Below are positions 13,474-25,640 of a DNA stretch of 64,000 bases, in pieces (the stretch's first letter is position 1; each line of letters starts with the position of its first letter). Position numbers and translations under genes: made by a program. The notes under the pieces were generated by a model. That model was given only the letters and a program-made list of their open reading frames with translations. It did not search any database and was not told the origin of the DNA. This DNA is from the human T2T-CHM13v2.0 reference genome, Homo sapiens. The stretch lies in NCBI RefSeq assembly GCF_009914755.1, contig NC_060926.1; one strand, written 5' to 3'.

Positions 13474-13882
13474 AATTTGATGCCTTTTTATTATCAGCAA
13501 AATATTTAAAATTGGGGTTTTATTCTGAGTAACTTATTTCATGCTATGAAACTGCCAAAAACAACTACAAAAATAAAATGAATTTATGTTCTTTATAAAA
13601 TGTTATTAATATGAAAACCGGACACTATGTGAAAGCGATATTGTGTTTATGTAGGGAGAGTGTGTTAACATTTTTTTCAGCATGGCTGAGTTGGCTGTTT
13701 TTGAATTTGAAACTTCTGCAGTCTGGGTAGACAGTGCCACCTCCCTGCAGCAAACATGGGCGTCCCTTACTGTTCTGAAGACCCTCAAGCTGCAGTCAAC
13801 ACTGGGGTCGTTTGTGGAAGGATTCTTTCTTGCTGTCTTGATTTGCAAGAACACCTCTGAAGGTCTTTGAATAGTAAATGCT

Positions 13883-13896
13883 GTTTCCATGGCAAC
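13883..13896. promoter_or_regulatory. RFX X-box-like palindrome
   Basis: GTTTCCATGGCAAC, one mismatch from GTTGCCATGGCAAC; motif match only. Confidence 0.4.
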
Positions 13897-14343
13897 TGCA
13901 GTCTGGCTTCAGTGATCCCTTAACCTGTGTGCCTTTGGCTCAAAGCACCCAGGAGCTCACGGCCTTCCCCAGGGGCGTCCCCCTCGGTCCTGTTCACAAG
14001 CATGGACTCTGGCATGGACGGCCCCACCCTGGCTGCACCACCGATTGTCCACATGACCTCAAGCAGGTTATTTGGCCTTTCTGTGCCTTCCTTGGAAAAA
14101 TGGGTCTAATACGTGGGCTTGTTTTAAGAATTAATAAGAGAACTGGCACACAGCACTCGGCACAGTGCCTGGCACATGGAAAGCTCTTGAGTCGGGCTCC
14201 ATCCCCCAAATCGAGCACCTCAGTTGTCTGTAAATGGGCGCATTGGCAGTCCTGTGCAGCAATGCAAGATATTCTTGGTTTTTGGTTTCTTTTAAATTCT
14301 TTTTAGGTTTCTTTTAAAATGATCAGCAGTCTTTGATGATTTA

Positions 14344-14509
14344 TGAGCCTGTGATTTTGAACAAAACATGTATAACTGAAGTAATCTATAACTGTGAAAC
14401 ACAGGGATCCCAATTTTTCTCAAAGGTTTTAATTAGAGTCAGGGTTGGAATCCACTCTTCACCTAAGAATGAGTTGCTTCCCAGAGGTACCAACAAGCCA
14501 ACATGTCTT
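14344..14509 (+). repeat. Dispersed direct repeat, copy 2 (~166 bp)
   Basis: Aligns with 13307-13473. Confidence 0.95.
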
Positions 14510-14700
14510 TGGTATGTTATTCTTCTTGCTCCTCTTCTTGGGTGTGGGGATTTTCATCTCTCTTCCTGGAGACAGGGAGGCCCTGAGAGGTCTCGGTGGT
14601 GACGGGTTGCAGGCAAGAGGAGTGAAGCAAACCCTGCTGGTACTGCAGAAGCCACACGGAGTGAAGAGACATGTCCTTGACGTCATAGAGTGGAGTGCGC

Positions 14701-14959
14701 TTTCTTTCTTTTGTTCTTTCGTTCTTTCATTCTTTCATTCTTTCTCTTTCTTTCTCTCTTTCTCTCTGTCTCTTTCTTTCTCTTTCTTTCTCTTTCTCTT
14801 TCTTTCTTTTTCTTTCTTTCTTTCCCTCCCTGCCTTCCTGCCTTCTTTTTTCTTTCTTTCTTTCTTTCTTCTCTTTCTCTCGCTCTGTTCCTTTCTTTTT
14901 TCCCTCCCTGCCTTCCTGCTTTCTTTCTTTCTTTCTTTTTCTTTCTTTCTTTCTTTCTT
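14701..14959. repeat. (CTTT)n/(CT)n polypyrimidine microsatellite
   Basis: ~260 bp of almost pure C/T; likely a decayed poly-A tail on the minus strand. Confidence 0.95.
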
Positions 14960-15008
14960 GTTAAATCCATATCACAAAGCATTTTCACAGATAGCTTGTT
15001 TCTAGTTG
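14960..15008 (-). repeat. Alpha-satellite-like fragment (~49 bp)
   Basis: Reverse complement CAACTAGAAACAAGCTATCTGTGAAAATGCTTTGTGATATGGATTTAAC resembles monomeric alphoid AAACTAGAAAGAAGCTATCTGTGAAACTGCTTTGTGATGTGTGGATT (compared from memory). Confidence 0.65.
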
Positions 15009-15678
15009 TTTTTTTTTTCACTTTAAGTTCTGGGATAGGTGTGAAGAACATGCAGGTTTGTTACATAGGTCTACACGTGCCACGGTGGTTTGCTGCACCT
15101 GTCAACCCATCATCTAGATTTTCAGCCCCGCATGCTTTAGGTATTTGTCCTAATGCTCTCCCTTCCCTTCCCCCTGACCTCCTGACAGGCCCTGGTAAGT
15201 GTTGTTCCCCTCCCTGTGACCATGTGCTTTCACTGTTCACCTCCCACTTATGAGTGAGAACATGTGGTGTTCTGTTCACCATTCACTCAGAGAACATGTT
15301 GGTTTTCTGTTCGTGTGTTAGTTTGCTGAGAATTGTGGCTTCCGGCTTCATCCATGTCCCTGCAAAGGACATTAACTCATTCTTTTTTATGGTTGCATAG
15401 TATTCCATGGTGTCTATGTGCCACATTTTCTTTATCCAGTCTATCATTGATGGGCATTTGGGTTGATTCCAAGTCTTTGCTATTGTAAATAGTGCTGCAG
15501 TAAACATACGTGTGCACATGTCTTTACAGTAGAATGATTTATAATCCTTTGGGTATATACCCAGTAATGGGATTGGTGGGTCAAACAGTATTTCTGGTTC
15601 TAGATCCCTGAGGAATCCCCACACTGTCTTCCACAATGGTTGAACTAATTTACACTCCCACCAACAGTGTCAAAGCAT
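15009..15678 (-). mobile_element. 5'-truncated L1PA (approx. L1PA7/8 age) 3' end
   Basis: T10 then cactttaagttctggg...catgcaggtttgttacatagg; ORF2 C-terminal peptide (CTRMFTAALFTIAKTWNQPKCPSMIDWIKKMW) on the minus strand. Confidence 0.93.
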
Positions 15679-16779
15679 GGAGCACACGTTTGTTCATTCA
15701 TTGACCGTTCCCTGTGTGTGGCTTTCATAGTATTCATTTGGGATCCTGACGTGAAATGGCCTAACCAGGGTGGAGTGGCAGTTGTGTTCCCAGCACAGGA
15801 CTGGCCCAGCCCCCGAGCCCTGTAGCTTCCCTAACACCATTCACTCAGGCTCCGTCAGCCTCTCCCGGGTTCCTGGGCTTCTCTGCTTGTTTTCATGAGG
15901 TTTGCGCCTTTCTCCTATGCCAATTTACAGTACACCCTTTAGCAGCTGCAGCCACATTTGGCTTTACAACCCCTGGATGCCCTCATGTCCTGCCCAGACC
16001 CTTCTTTTGAACTCCACCTGACAACTTGACACCCCCCTTTCCCCAACACTCTTCATCACCCTGCCAGCAGCTGCTCCTCCTGCATTTCTCATCCCCCCAC
16101 CTCAGAGCTGCCTGAGCCGGGGCTCCCCCGAGCTTGTTCCCCTCCCCTCCTCGGTGAAATCGTGAAGCTGGCTGAGGCCCCTCCCCTCACATAGTGACCT
16201 CGGCAGCCTCCCAGTCCATCTGCTTCCAAGATTGGCCCCACCACACCTGCATCTTCATCTTGGTGTCCTAGTGATCCTAGGACATGCCAGCCTTGGGATT
16301 GAAAACAGCAGCCTCTCTCCCCAGGACAAGGCCCCGTCACAGCTGTCCCTGTGCCTGTCATCATGGCCCCCTGAAATAAAGTCTGCCTTACCATCTTCAC
16401 AAAAGGAGAAAGAAAACACAACCCTCATGCTATGGTTCCCCGCCTTACCATCCTTAATGACTCCCATAGCTTCCGGGATACATTTTAAAGCCATATGATG
16501 GCACCAGGGGCCTCTTAGCCCCCTCCTTCCTGCCTCTCTCCCATGGGGGTCTTACACTCCAGTTGTACCGAGCTACTGAACAGCGTTTCCCATCATTTTC
16601 CATCCTTCCAGCCTCAGTTCCCCCTCCTCCAGGAAGCCCTCCCTGACTTCCTCGGCTGGGGTAGGAACATTCACACTAGCTGCTTATTATCCTCACAGCA
16701 TTTTTCCTGAGGTTTAGCTTACAAGAAGTCTTTCTGTTGAATAAATGAAGAAATCAGCAACAAGGGTAATTGTTGCTGA

Positions 16780-17330
16780 AAGAAAATATTTATTATATTA
16801 AACGTAATACATGTTTATTATAGAAAAATAATAAGGAAAATTCAGGCAATAGTAGAAAATAAAAATTATGCCTCATACTTGACCAAGCACAATACCTGTT
16901 AACATTTTGTTTATTTTTCTCCATTCTTTTATCTGTGACTTTTTTTTAACATAGTCTCAATTATGTGTCTCTAAATAGCGCATTTTTAAAATCTCCTTTT
17001 TTTAAGGAAAGAAATAAGCGTAACTCTTGTATCAAATGCTCTGTAAAAATGTTTTAATGGCCACAAAATATGGCTTTGAGGATGCACCATCACGTCCTCA
17101 CTTCCGTATTGCTGGACACTGAGGCTTTTGTGTTTGTTTACTGCGGTGAATAGCATTGCAGTGAACATCTTTAAGAGTGAGGTTTTTCTACTTCAAATTA
17201 TTTCCTTAAATTAGAATATTAGAAGTGCAATTTAAACCCCAAACCTACAAACACGGTTAAGGACCTGGAGCTTTGCTTTCCTGAAAGGGTGTATCAGTTT
17301 ACACTTGCATTTGTGTTGTCTGAGAGTGTC
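16780..17330 (-). mobile_element. Ancient L1 (L1ME-like) fragment
   Basis: Degenerate antisense L1 text (gcattgcagtgaacatcttt, aaagggtgtatcagtttacac). Confidence 0.45.
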
Positions 17331-19743
17331 TTGTTCATCACAGGATTAAGTACTGTGATTATCTCAGCTTTGTAAATTTGACAGCTAAAAACTGGCAGCT
17401 AACTGATTCTTAGGTATCTCAAGTTCTTTTTCAAATCGTCAAAACGTGTCTTAGAGTGAGTGTTGATATTTTCTTGCTGATTTGTGGATTGCTTATTAAC
17501 CTTTTTCATAGTTGTTGCAAATATTTTTTTTCAGTTTAGATTAGGAACTGAATATCTTCCTCATGTCTTTAAAGAAATATGCCTGACCAGGTGCTTGATA
17601 ACCCTAAACGGAGTTTCCTGCCGGGCTTTCTCTTGTATGATGTTGAGGCCGTCACGGTTTGTTGAGCAGAGGAGTGAGTGCTAAAAGCTGGAGTTCAGCA
17701 GAACCACAGTGACGCCTCCACCCCGGGTAAATGCTTAACCACACTCCTCCCTGTAAAAATAACGGTGTCATTAAACATGGACCGGCTGTTCCATGAGCTC
17801 ATTCCTAGGAAACAGTGGCTGAGTAGCAGAAGCCTGACCGGTCTCCATTTCCGCCCAAATGTGGGATGTGTGCACGTGGCATAAAGCCTCGCACGTCGCT
17901 TTTGGGAGAATCAGCTTGAGTCAACTTCTGGCAAAAGATTGGGGCCGTCTTTGGACAGATTTGAATATTAGACACCATATCATCTAATGAAAACCAGCTG
18001 GGAAGAGTCAGTTTTCCTGTGTTCTTGGGCATTTGACAAATGGTGGGAGATAGTTCTAATTTTAGAAAGGAAAACGTAATGCATATTCTCATGATGATTT
18101 GTCAACTGGATATTTTGCAGAGAGGAAAACGTCTGAAATGTCCCAAATAAAGCTATCTGCTGTCATGAGAACACAGCTGGCAGGGCAGAAAGCAGTGTCG
18201 ATCAACGGGAGGTCGTCCTGCACCGGGACGTCAGTGCCCCGACACCTCGGTGTGTCCCTTGGCTGTGTGGCCTTGGGCAGGTCACTGGTCAAGCCTGAGA
18301 TAATGACATTGGTCTGCTGGGGAGCAGCGGCCCTAGGCCAGATGTACTAGGAGGCCCCTTCCTGGCTGTGATTTTAAGATGGAGGGGAAAATGTTTATTT
18401 GTTCTGTGAAAGCCAGGGGTGGGGTAGGACAGAGCCAGCAACACCGACAGCCCATCATGCTGAGCCAGAGGTCTGCTGAGCTGAATTGAAGCTGCGTCAA
18501 CTACAGTACGTGCCTCACCGAGCCTCAGTTTCCACATTGGTGCTGTGCAGATGATAATACAGACTTTGCAAGGCTGTTGAGACTTACCTGCACTAAGACA
18601 TAGAAAGTGCCCAACACAGCGCCTGCAGGGCCAGCACTCGGTGGCAGTCTAAGGAATGTCTGTCACAGCGCTCCCAGATGGCAGGTCCTGCCTGCCTGGG
18701 CCCAGCTCTGGCTGTGTGGCTCAGGACTATGGGACCTCTGCAGGCTGCGTCCCCTGCCTGCCTCAGTTTCTGCGTCTAAGCTAGAAAGCATGATTGTTCC
18801 TCCCCGTGGGGCCGTTACGAGAAGCAAGCACATGGAAGCGTGCCAGGCATTTTCCGAACGTCTGGAACATCCTCAGCGGCAGGGTCTCCTCCTCCCTCTC
18901 CTCCTCCTCACTTAGAAATATTTTCCCTGGGAGTCCCACGGAGGTCGTGAAGATGACAGAGGCTGCTGGCACTAACAGCTGTGTGGGGCAGCCCAAGCCC
19001 CTACTTTGAAAGTTCCATTCCATCCCTCGCATTTCATCTGAAGAGCGCTATGTTCTCCCTGGGGAGAACTGGCCTGTTGCATATGAAGAGTCCAGAGATT
19101 TTGAACAAGGGAACCCCTTCAGCTTCGAATGACCATTACCGTTGATGATCCCAGAAGTTCCCTTTCCAAGCAGTGACCCATGGACTTGTGTCCCTCGTGT
19201 GATAACCTGCACTACACACATATCCTACAAGTGTCCATAGTGGTTATAAGCTGCCACAGCCATACAGATCTGAGAGCCAGAGGCCTTCAAACCAGCTAAG
19301 GCTCTGAAACACTTCAACTCCACTTAAGAAAACAAATCGGAGCACATCCGTGATCCCACAAATGCTAATTTGCTTGTCACACATCAGAAACCCAGGAAGG
19401 CACAGAATAGATGCTCTCTTACTGGCTTATAGGTTGGGTACTTTAAAGTTGGAGACGTTTAAATCAGAGATAAACCTATTGTAACAATACATTTCATGTC
19501 ATGTGAGCCTTTTGTCTTCCAGCAACTAAAGGGAACTGTGGTAGGATGAGCTGGGGTCACAGGGACAAGGAAGACAGGTAAGGGGACGGAAGCCGGGGCA
19601 GCAAGGAGTGGCTCAGGAGCTCTCACCCTGCAGTGGGCAGCTCATCACCCCTGCTCCCCGTGTCTGTGTCCCTTCAGGAGAAGCTGGCCAGGGACAGGGC
19701 CACCACTCATAGACAGCTCCTCAGCCTACTCAGCACTGCTTTA

Positions 19744-19854
19744 TGTGTCTGTGTGCACACACGTGTGCATGCCTGTGTGTGTGCAGGTGTGTGTGTGCCT
19801 GCATGTGTGTGTGCACGTGTGTGTGTGTGCCTGCATGCATGTGTGTGTCTGTGT
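19744..19854. repeat. Imperfect (TG)n / TGCA alternating purine-pyrimidine tract
   Basis: gtgtgcacacacgtgtgcatgcctgtgtgtgtgcaggtgtgtg... Confidence 0.9.
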
Positions 19855-22596
19855 ATTCCTTTTGAAACATACTAGATGCCCTCTCTAAGTAAATCACATT
19901 TAACTGCTGTAACTAACCCGTCTGGCAACATCTTTTCTTAATGCTTTTTCACTGTTCACCGGGTTGAGGGTTTCTTTTCCTTATTTCCACTTCTGCTTCT
20001 TTAACGAAATTATATGACTTGATACAGTATCATTCTTTTCAAATTCAGTGTTTCAGTAAATAGTTCTTTTCAGCAGACAATTACTTAGGCAGAAGTAGTT
20101 TAACATAGCATTTGTCTCTGAAAAAAATGTTTTTTTTCCTTTCTGTCTAGATCCTTTAAAATATATAATATTGCATCATATACAATATTGGCCTGTACCA
20201 AGCACCTGTATCCAGAAAAGTAAAAAAGCTAACTGGCTTAAACCACAGCAGAACCTGCCTTGCTGGGTCACCTTCCTTCAGTTCCTTCTCATGGTTTCTA
20301 GAATTCCTTGAGCGCACACAGCAAGCTAGCTCTACAATCACTTTAGAGAGTGAGGACCGATGCCCCAGCTTCTTGTTTTCTTAGTGGCTTTTTAAAAAAT
20401 AGTAGACAGTATATAGCTATCTACTGGCAATAGGAATCTCTTAAAATCAAGGTGAGAAATGTAGTTCTTTTGCAAGAGAGTCAGAGTTTTGTGTTCAATG
20501 AAAATTTAATATTTGAAAAATAAAAGATCTTAAAACTATTAGTTTTCCATTATGATCAGATGGCTCTGTCAAAATGGAAAGAAAGCAGGGAATTTTCTGT
20601 ACTCCTCAACACAAAGTTTATCTTGTTCCTGAAAAAATATTGAACCATTTTTTCAATATTTGTCCTTGCCAGGATTTCACCCTGGCACCCGCTGTTGGTG
20701 TGTTTTAAATTTGGTTTCCTTCTGATTCTTCTAAGAGAATATCTACTTTATCATATTTTGAAATAAGACTTTACAGTATCCAAATGTGGATGATATATCC
20801 TTTTAACTATGTCCCTGATATTGAAGCTCTGAACATAACCTCTCAATTTGAGTCATCTGTGTTTCCAGGTATTGCTATAGCTAAGCCACAAAATACTGAA
20901 TTTTGGCGTCTTATATAGATGGTTGCAGTGTTTCCATTCTTCACGAAGCATGAGAAATTCTTTTACAATACGATGACCGTGCTCCGTCGTTTTAGGCGAA
21001 GAACAGACTTACCACACACTGTGCTTTCTCTCACTTTGTGAGACAGTGAAGGAGGGACCTTCTCTTCAGGTGAAATGAAACCCCCACACGGATTAGCCTA
21101 ACTTCTTCAGCTAAGGGCTGGGCCTTCTTTTATTACAAATACCGTTGCATCTTTATACACTGTTTCAGTGAAAAAAAAATAAACATGGCAATTCCCTTTC
21201 CAAGGCTCTAAGTCACCACCAGGCGGCATAACAGACCTCTGTGTCCCTGGTCTGTAGGAGATGGGACAATGCGGGGACAGCGCTGGGAGGGCCCGCAGGC
21301 AGCAGGATGCCAGGGCCTCGCCAGGAAGCTATGGTAGGCGCCCGGGGGGAGTCTGGACGTCACCCCATTCTCAAGGTGAAGCCTCGCCAGGGTCTCGCCA
21401 AGAGAGCTGAGGGGTCAGATTCACCTTCTCCCTGCACCTCTGCACTTCCCTCTGGGTTTCCTGTCTGTACATCCAGTGCCGCGCGTGGCGTGGGGCGTGG
21501 CGTGGGGTGGTTCCTCACAGTTACCCTCGCTGGGTGTGCGGTTGTCTGACATCAGTCCTCCCCAGAAAGTGCGGCTGCCCCCGGTCGGTCGTTCTGTCTG
21601 TAGCTGGCGTGGTATCTGGCACGGCGGAGGCCCTGGGTCCGTGTTTGTTGATGGAATGAATCAATGTGTGAATGAAGGAAGTCACATTGGCAGCAGTGGC
21701 GGGGAGGGTACCGTTTGGGGACAATTCAGATCATTCTGAGGAGACATGCTGAGGCCTGCTCTAAGACAGCAGCTGTGGGAGGGCACGGAGTGGCATTAAG
21801 AGAGGAAGCTGACTCGATGACGGGCGGAGAGGTGGGCGGAGGCTGTCTCAGGAGCGCCAGCAGCTGGCAGTGAGTGGTGGGCGTTTCCTGACACTAAGGC
21901 TCTGTGCAGAGCGCGTCGTCTACAAACACTGTCTATTGTCTCGTTTCATCCTCACAACAACCACCCCTATGAAGTTGTCACTATTATTGTCTCTCCTTTA
22001 CACATGAGTCTGGGCACAGGGACTTCAAGTGAAGCCTGCTAGGAGGCACTGCTGCTGCCCCCGCGGGAAGGAAATGCAGGGAAGGGACTCAGGGGGCAGC
22101 AGGAATTCTGCTTTGGATCTGTCACATTTGAGGTGCCTTTGGGGCTTCCAGGAAGAGGTGTCCAGACGGCAGGGGCTGAGGCTTGGAGGAGTCAGGATTG
22201 GAAATATGAACTGGGTGCCCATCAACATCTAGGTCGTGGTCAAAGTGGGTGGTGGGGTATTACAGTAAAGAGCTCTGCAGCCCCCCAGAATCCTAGCCTG
22301 CGCCCGCAGATGAGCAGGGGCAAGGACGCAAGGGCAGTTGTGCATTTTCCTTCTTTTCTGTGGCATTCAGAAATAGGCAAAATGTGATACACTGCAAAAG
22401 TGACTGTTTGCTATCTGCAGGAGTGGCCATCAGTGTTAGTTAAATGAGAGCTGTGCAGAATGGCATGTGTTTGTCCTCTTATTATTTTTGCTTTAAAAAC
22501 CTGTTTTAAAACCCTGGTATCAATGGTCAATTATGTGACTTTCAAAAGCAAAAATTAAGGAAGACAAAAGAACTGCATTTGACACCTTGAAAGGCC

Positions 22597-23500
22597 CAGA
22601 GGGATTCTTAACCTTGGGTCCAAGAATTCCCCCAGGGGCCTTTGGATAGATTTCCAGAGATCCCCGAAACTGAATAGGAATAAAAGGGTAGCATTACCTT
22701 CCATTATGAATGCGGGCAAAAACCTTCGGTAGTATTAGAAGTGTGACCTCAGCACCAATAGAAACCACAGGTATTTCTCCGTCACTTTCGGGTTGTTGCT
22801 GAGAGCTGGGGAAATGGTTTCATGCATCACTGTCAGTATTTGGTGGAATAAGGACGTGCACGCACGTGCTGGCTGTTGAACTGTTGCCTCTCCACTGCAA
22901 ACCCTCCCTTCCTTGCTGCAGGGCCAGAGCTGTGCCCTATCGGGCCCTGCCCCCAGAGAGAGCCTGGGCAGTGGGAGGAGGGAGCCCGGAGCACGCTGCT
23001 TCCTGCCTGCTTCCTGTTTCTGTGAGCGTCACCCCAGCAACGGGATTTCACCCTGGCTGCAGTTGTTGGTTCTGTTTCTAGTGTTTTTCACACGCCCAGA
23101 CACCACCCTCACCAGTCCCTCCTGAGCCCCCGCTCTGAGGTCCGGGTCCCCACTCCAAGCCTTCTGGGACCATCACCCCGGTCTTTGTCTCCAGCCCTAG
23201 CTGTTCCTGAGATGACGCCTCTGTGGTATGAGGCCTCCTTTGCTTTTTCGGCCAAGCAACACCTGTTTAGGGGCTGCCTGTATTGCTTCTATTGAAATCA
23301 CTGCTGTAATTTCTTTTTCTCCTGACTTGGCTCTGATTGATACACTATATCAGGATTTAAAAATATTTTTTGACAATGTGTTTCAGAATAATCAGTTTCC
23401 TTCGTAACCCTATGTTTCGTTACATGCGTTTAAAAATATTATTCCAAGAATGCTCCACAGGCTTCACCAGCCTGCCAGGGGGATCCACTATACCAAAAAA
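22597..23500. mobile_element. Probable hAT-Charlie DNA transposon remnant, possibly interrupted by an old LTR fragment
   Basis: cagagggattcttaaccttgggtcc at left and caggcttcaccagcctgccagggggatccac...aaaaaa at right resemble Charlie-family termini. Confidence 0.4.
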
Positions 23501-23954
23501 CAGAGAGCTGAGAGCAGTTGCCAGCCTGATTAATTGCCGTTTCCTGGGCTGGGTTTAAATGCCTCTAGGAACACAAAACATAAAGGGTTTTCTTTCTGTT
23601 CTTCCTCCCTTTCTTTTCGAATGAAGTTATGGAAGGAAATGAACTTTGTTATTTTCCCCCTTTAAAAGTAGTACCTGCTCATGGAAGAAAAAAGAACACT
23701 GGAAAAGAAAAGTAAAGAAAAAAATATCTCTATCTTCCTTGTGACATAAAAACACCCATGGCTCCATTTTGATGTATTTCCTTAGGGCCTTAGGTGTTGT
23801 TTATTTTTGCAGAGATATAATTGTCATAATCTTTGTCATAAGCATTTCCAATTCTACTTCATACTTGTCTTAAACACTATTTTTATAGCTGGACAGGATG
23901 CTGTAAAGCAGTAGGTTGACCTGGCCCTTTTCTTATAATGTAAAACTTTGACCA

Positions 23955-24210
23955 TAATTTTATTGTGATAAAATATTTCTAAGATTTACCATTTTAACCA
24001 TTTTTAGGTGTAAAGTTCAGTGGTTTTAAGTGCGCTAGTGTGTAGCCATCACCATCATCCACTTCCAAAACTTTTTCATCTTCCCAAACTGAAATTCTGT
24101 ACACATTAAACACTGACTCCCCAAATTCACAGAGCTGAAGGTGGAGTGGGCATTGCTTTCCCCAGCCCTTGGCAACTCCCATGCAACTTTCTGTCTCCAT
24201 GAATTTGATT
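23955..24210 (-). mobile_element. L1MB-like 3' end fragment
   Basis: tttaccattttaaccatttttaggtgtaaagttcagtgg...ttctgtctccatgaatttg. Confidence 0.72.
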
Positions 24211-24480
24211 AACGTAAATTTTTACTACTGAGCTTCGCTTTTCCAATAAAAGTTCAAGGTACATAGTTTAAATGTACATACTTTAATGCAAGCAGTATTG
24301 CATGACACCAGCCTGCCTTCTTTCGTCCTTTTTAAAAAATTAGACCAGAAACTGTTGTTGAATCCCATGTTGCCGGTCCTGATGGTTATCTTTCTAGTGA
24401 GACCCGAAAATTCACGTGGGGACATGACAGCTTTCCATTTTCATGAATTGCAAATGTGGAGGGCTCATGGTAGGGAGATG

Positions 24481-24796
24481 GTTTTATTTTTGTGGGTTTT
24501 GTTTCGTTTTGTTTTTTGAGACAGAGACTCGCTCTGTCACACAGGCTGGAGTTCAGTGACACGATCTCGGCTCATTGCAACCTCCGCCTCTCCGGTTCAA
24601 GGGATTCCCGTGCCTCAGCCTCCTGAGTAGCTGGAATTATAGATGGGCAACATACCTGGCTAATTTTTGTATTTTTAGTAGAGATTGGGTTTCACCCTGT
24701 TGGCCAGGCTGGTCTCAAACTCCTGGCCTCAAGTGATCTGCCCATCTCAGCCTCCCAAAGTGCTGGGATTACAGGCGTGAGCCACAGTGCCCGGCC
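24481..24796 (-). mobile_element. AluS
   Basis: Full dimer; TSD ggagatggtttta on both sides. Confidence 0.95.
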
Positions 24797-25011
24797 CAGG
24801 AGATGGTTTTAAAACAGAGATGTGCCCTGGTTGCCTTCTCTGAAAGTTTCTCTCCACACAGATCTCCTGACCTTTGGTGTGGCTGATTTCACGTGGAGTC
24901 TGTTGGATTCGCACCATCTGGCTCCTGTTTTCTGGGGAAACTCTGCGCTGGCTTTCGTCTTCCTCCTTTTGTGATTACATAAACAAAAGGGTAAATTGTT
25001 TTCTTAAACGT

Positions 25012-25460
25012 TAGTTTTAAATTGTGCTAAAATACACATAACAAAGTTTGCCATCCTAACTATTTTTAAGTGTACATTTCAGTGACATCAAGTATACTCA
25101 CCCTCTTGTGCAGCCAGCACCACCAGCCATCCCCAGAACTTCTTCATCTTGCAGAACTGAAACTCTGCCCCCATTAAACGCTGACTCCCCATTCTCTTCT
25201 CCATCCAGCCCTGGCACCCATCATTCTACTTTGTCTTGATGAATAGTATGAGGTACCTCATCTAGTTGGAATCATACAGCATTTGTCCTTTTGTGACTAG
25301 CTGATTTCACTTAGCATGATGTCCTCAAGGTTTTCTCACATTTTAGCAGATGACAGCATTTCCTTCCTTTTTAATTCTGAGTTAAATTCCACTATGTATC
25401 TATACTACATTGTGTTTCTCCATTCAGCCATCAGTGGACACTTGGGTTGCTTCTACCTAC
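25012..25460 (-). mobile_element. L1MB-like 3' end fragment
   Basis: aaatacacataacaaagtttgccatc...ggaatcatacagcatttgtccttttgtgact...ggacacttgggttgcttc. Confidence 0.78.
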
Positions 25461-25503
25461 AAAAGACCAAATTATTTTGTCCATTTAATATAAGTTATTT
25501 GAA

Positions 25504-25640
25504 GGCCAGGCACAGTAGCTCATATCTATAACCCTAGCACTTTGAGAGGTCAAGGCAGGAGGATCGCTTAAGGCCAGGGGTTTGAGACCAGCCTAGGCAA
25601 CATAGCAAGAATCCAATCTCTACCCAAAAAACTAAAAACT
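25504..25640 (+). mobile_element. FLAM / Alu left monomer
   Basis: ggccaggcacagtagctc...gagaccagcctaggcaacatag then A-rich tail. Confidence 0.85.

Noticed and set aside
14445-15253. Long F/L/S-rich and K/E/R-rich ORFs
   Set aside because: Translations of the (CTTT)n microsatellite
15283-15636. 117-aa L1 ORF2 C-terminal ORF
   Set aside because: Real homology, but only a fragment of a 5'-truncated dead L1, not a gene
20635-20661. 10-bp AT-rich inverted repeat
   Set aside because: Expected by chance in AT-rich sequence
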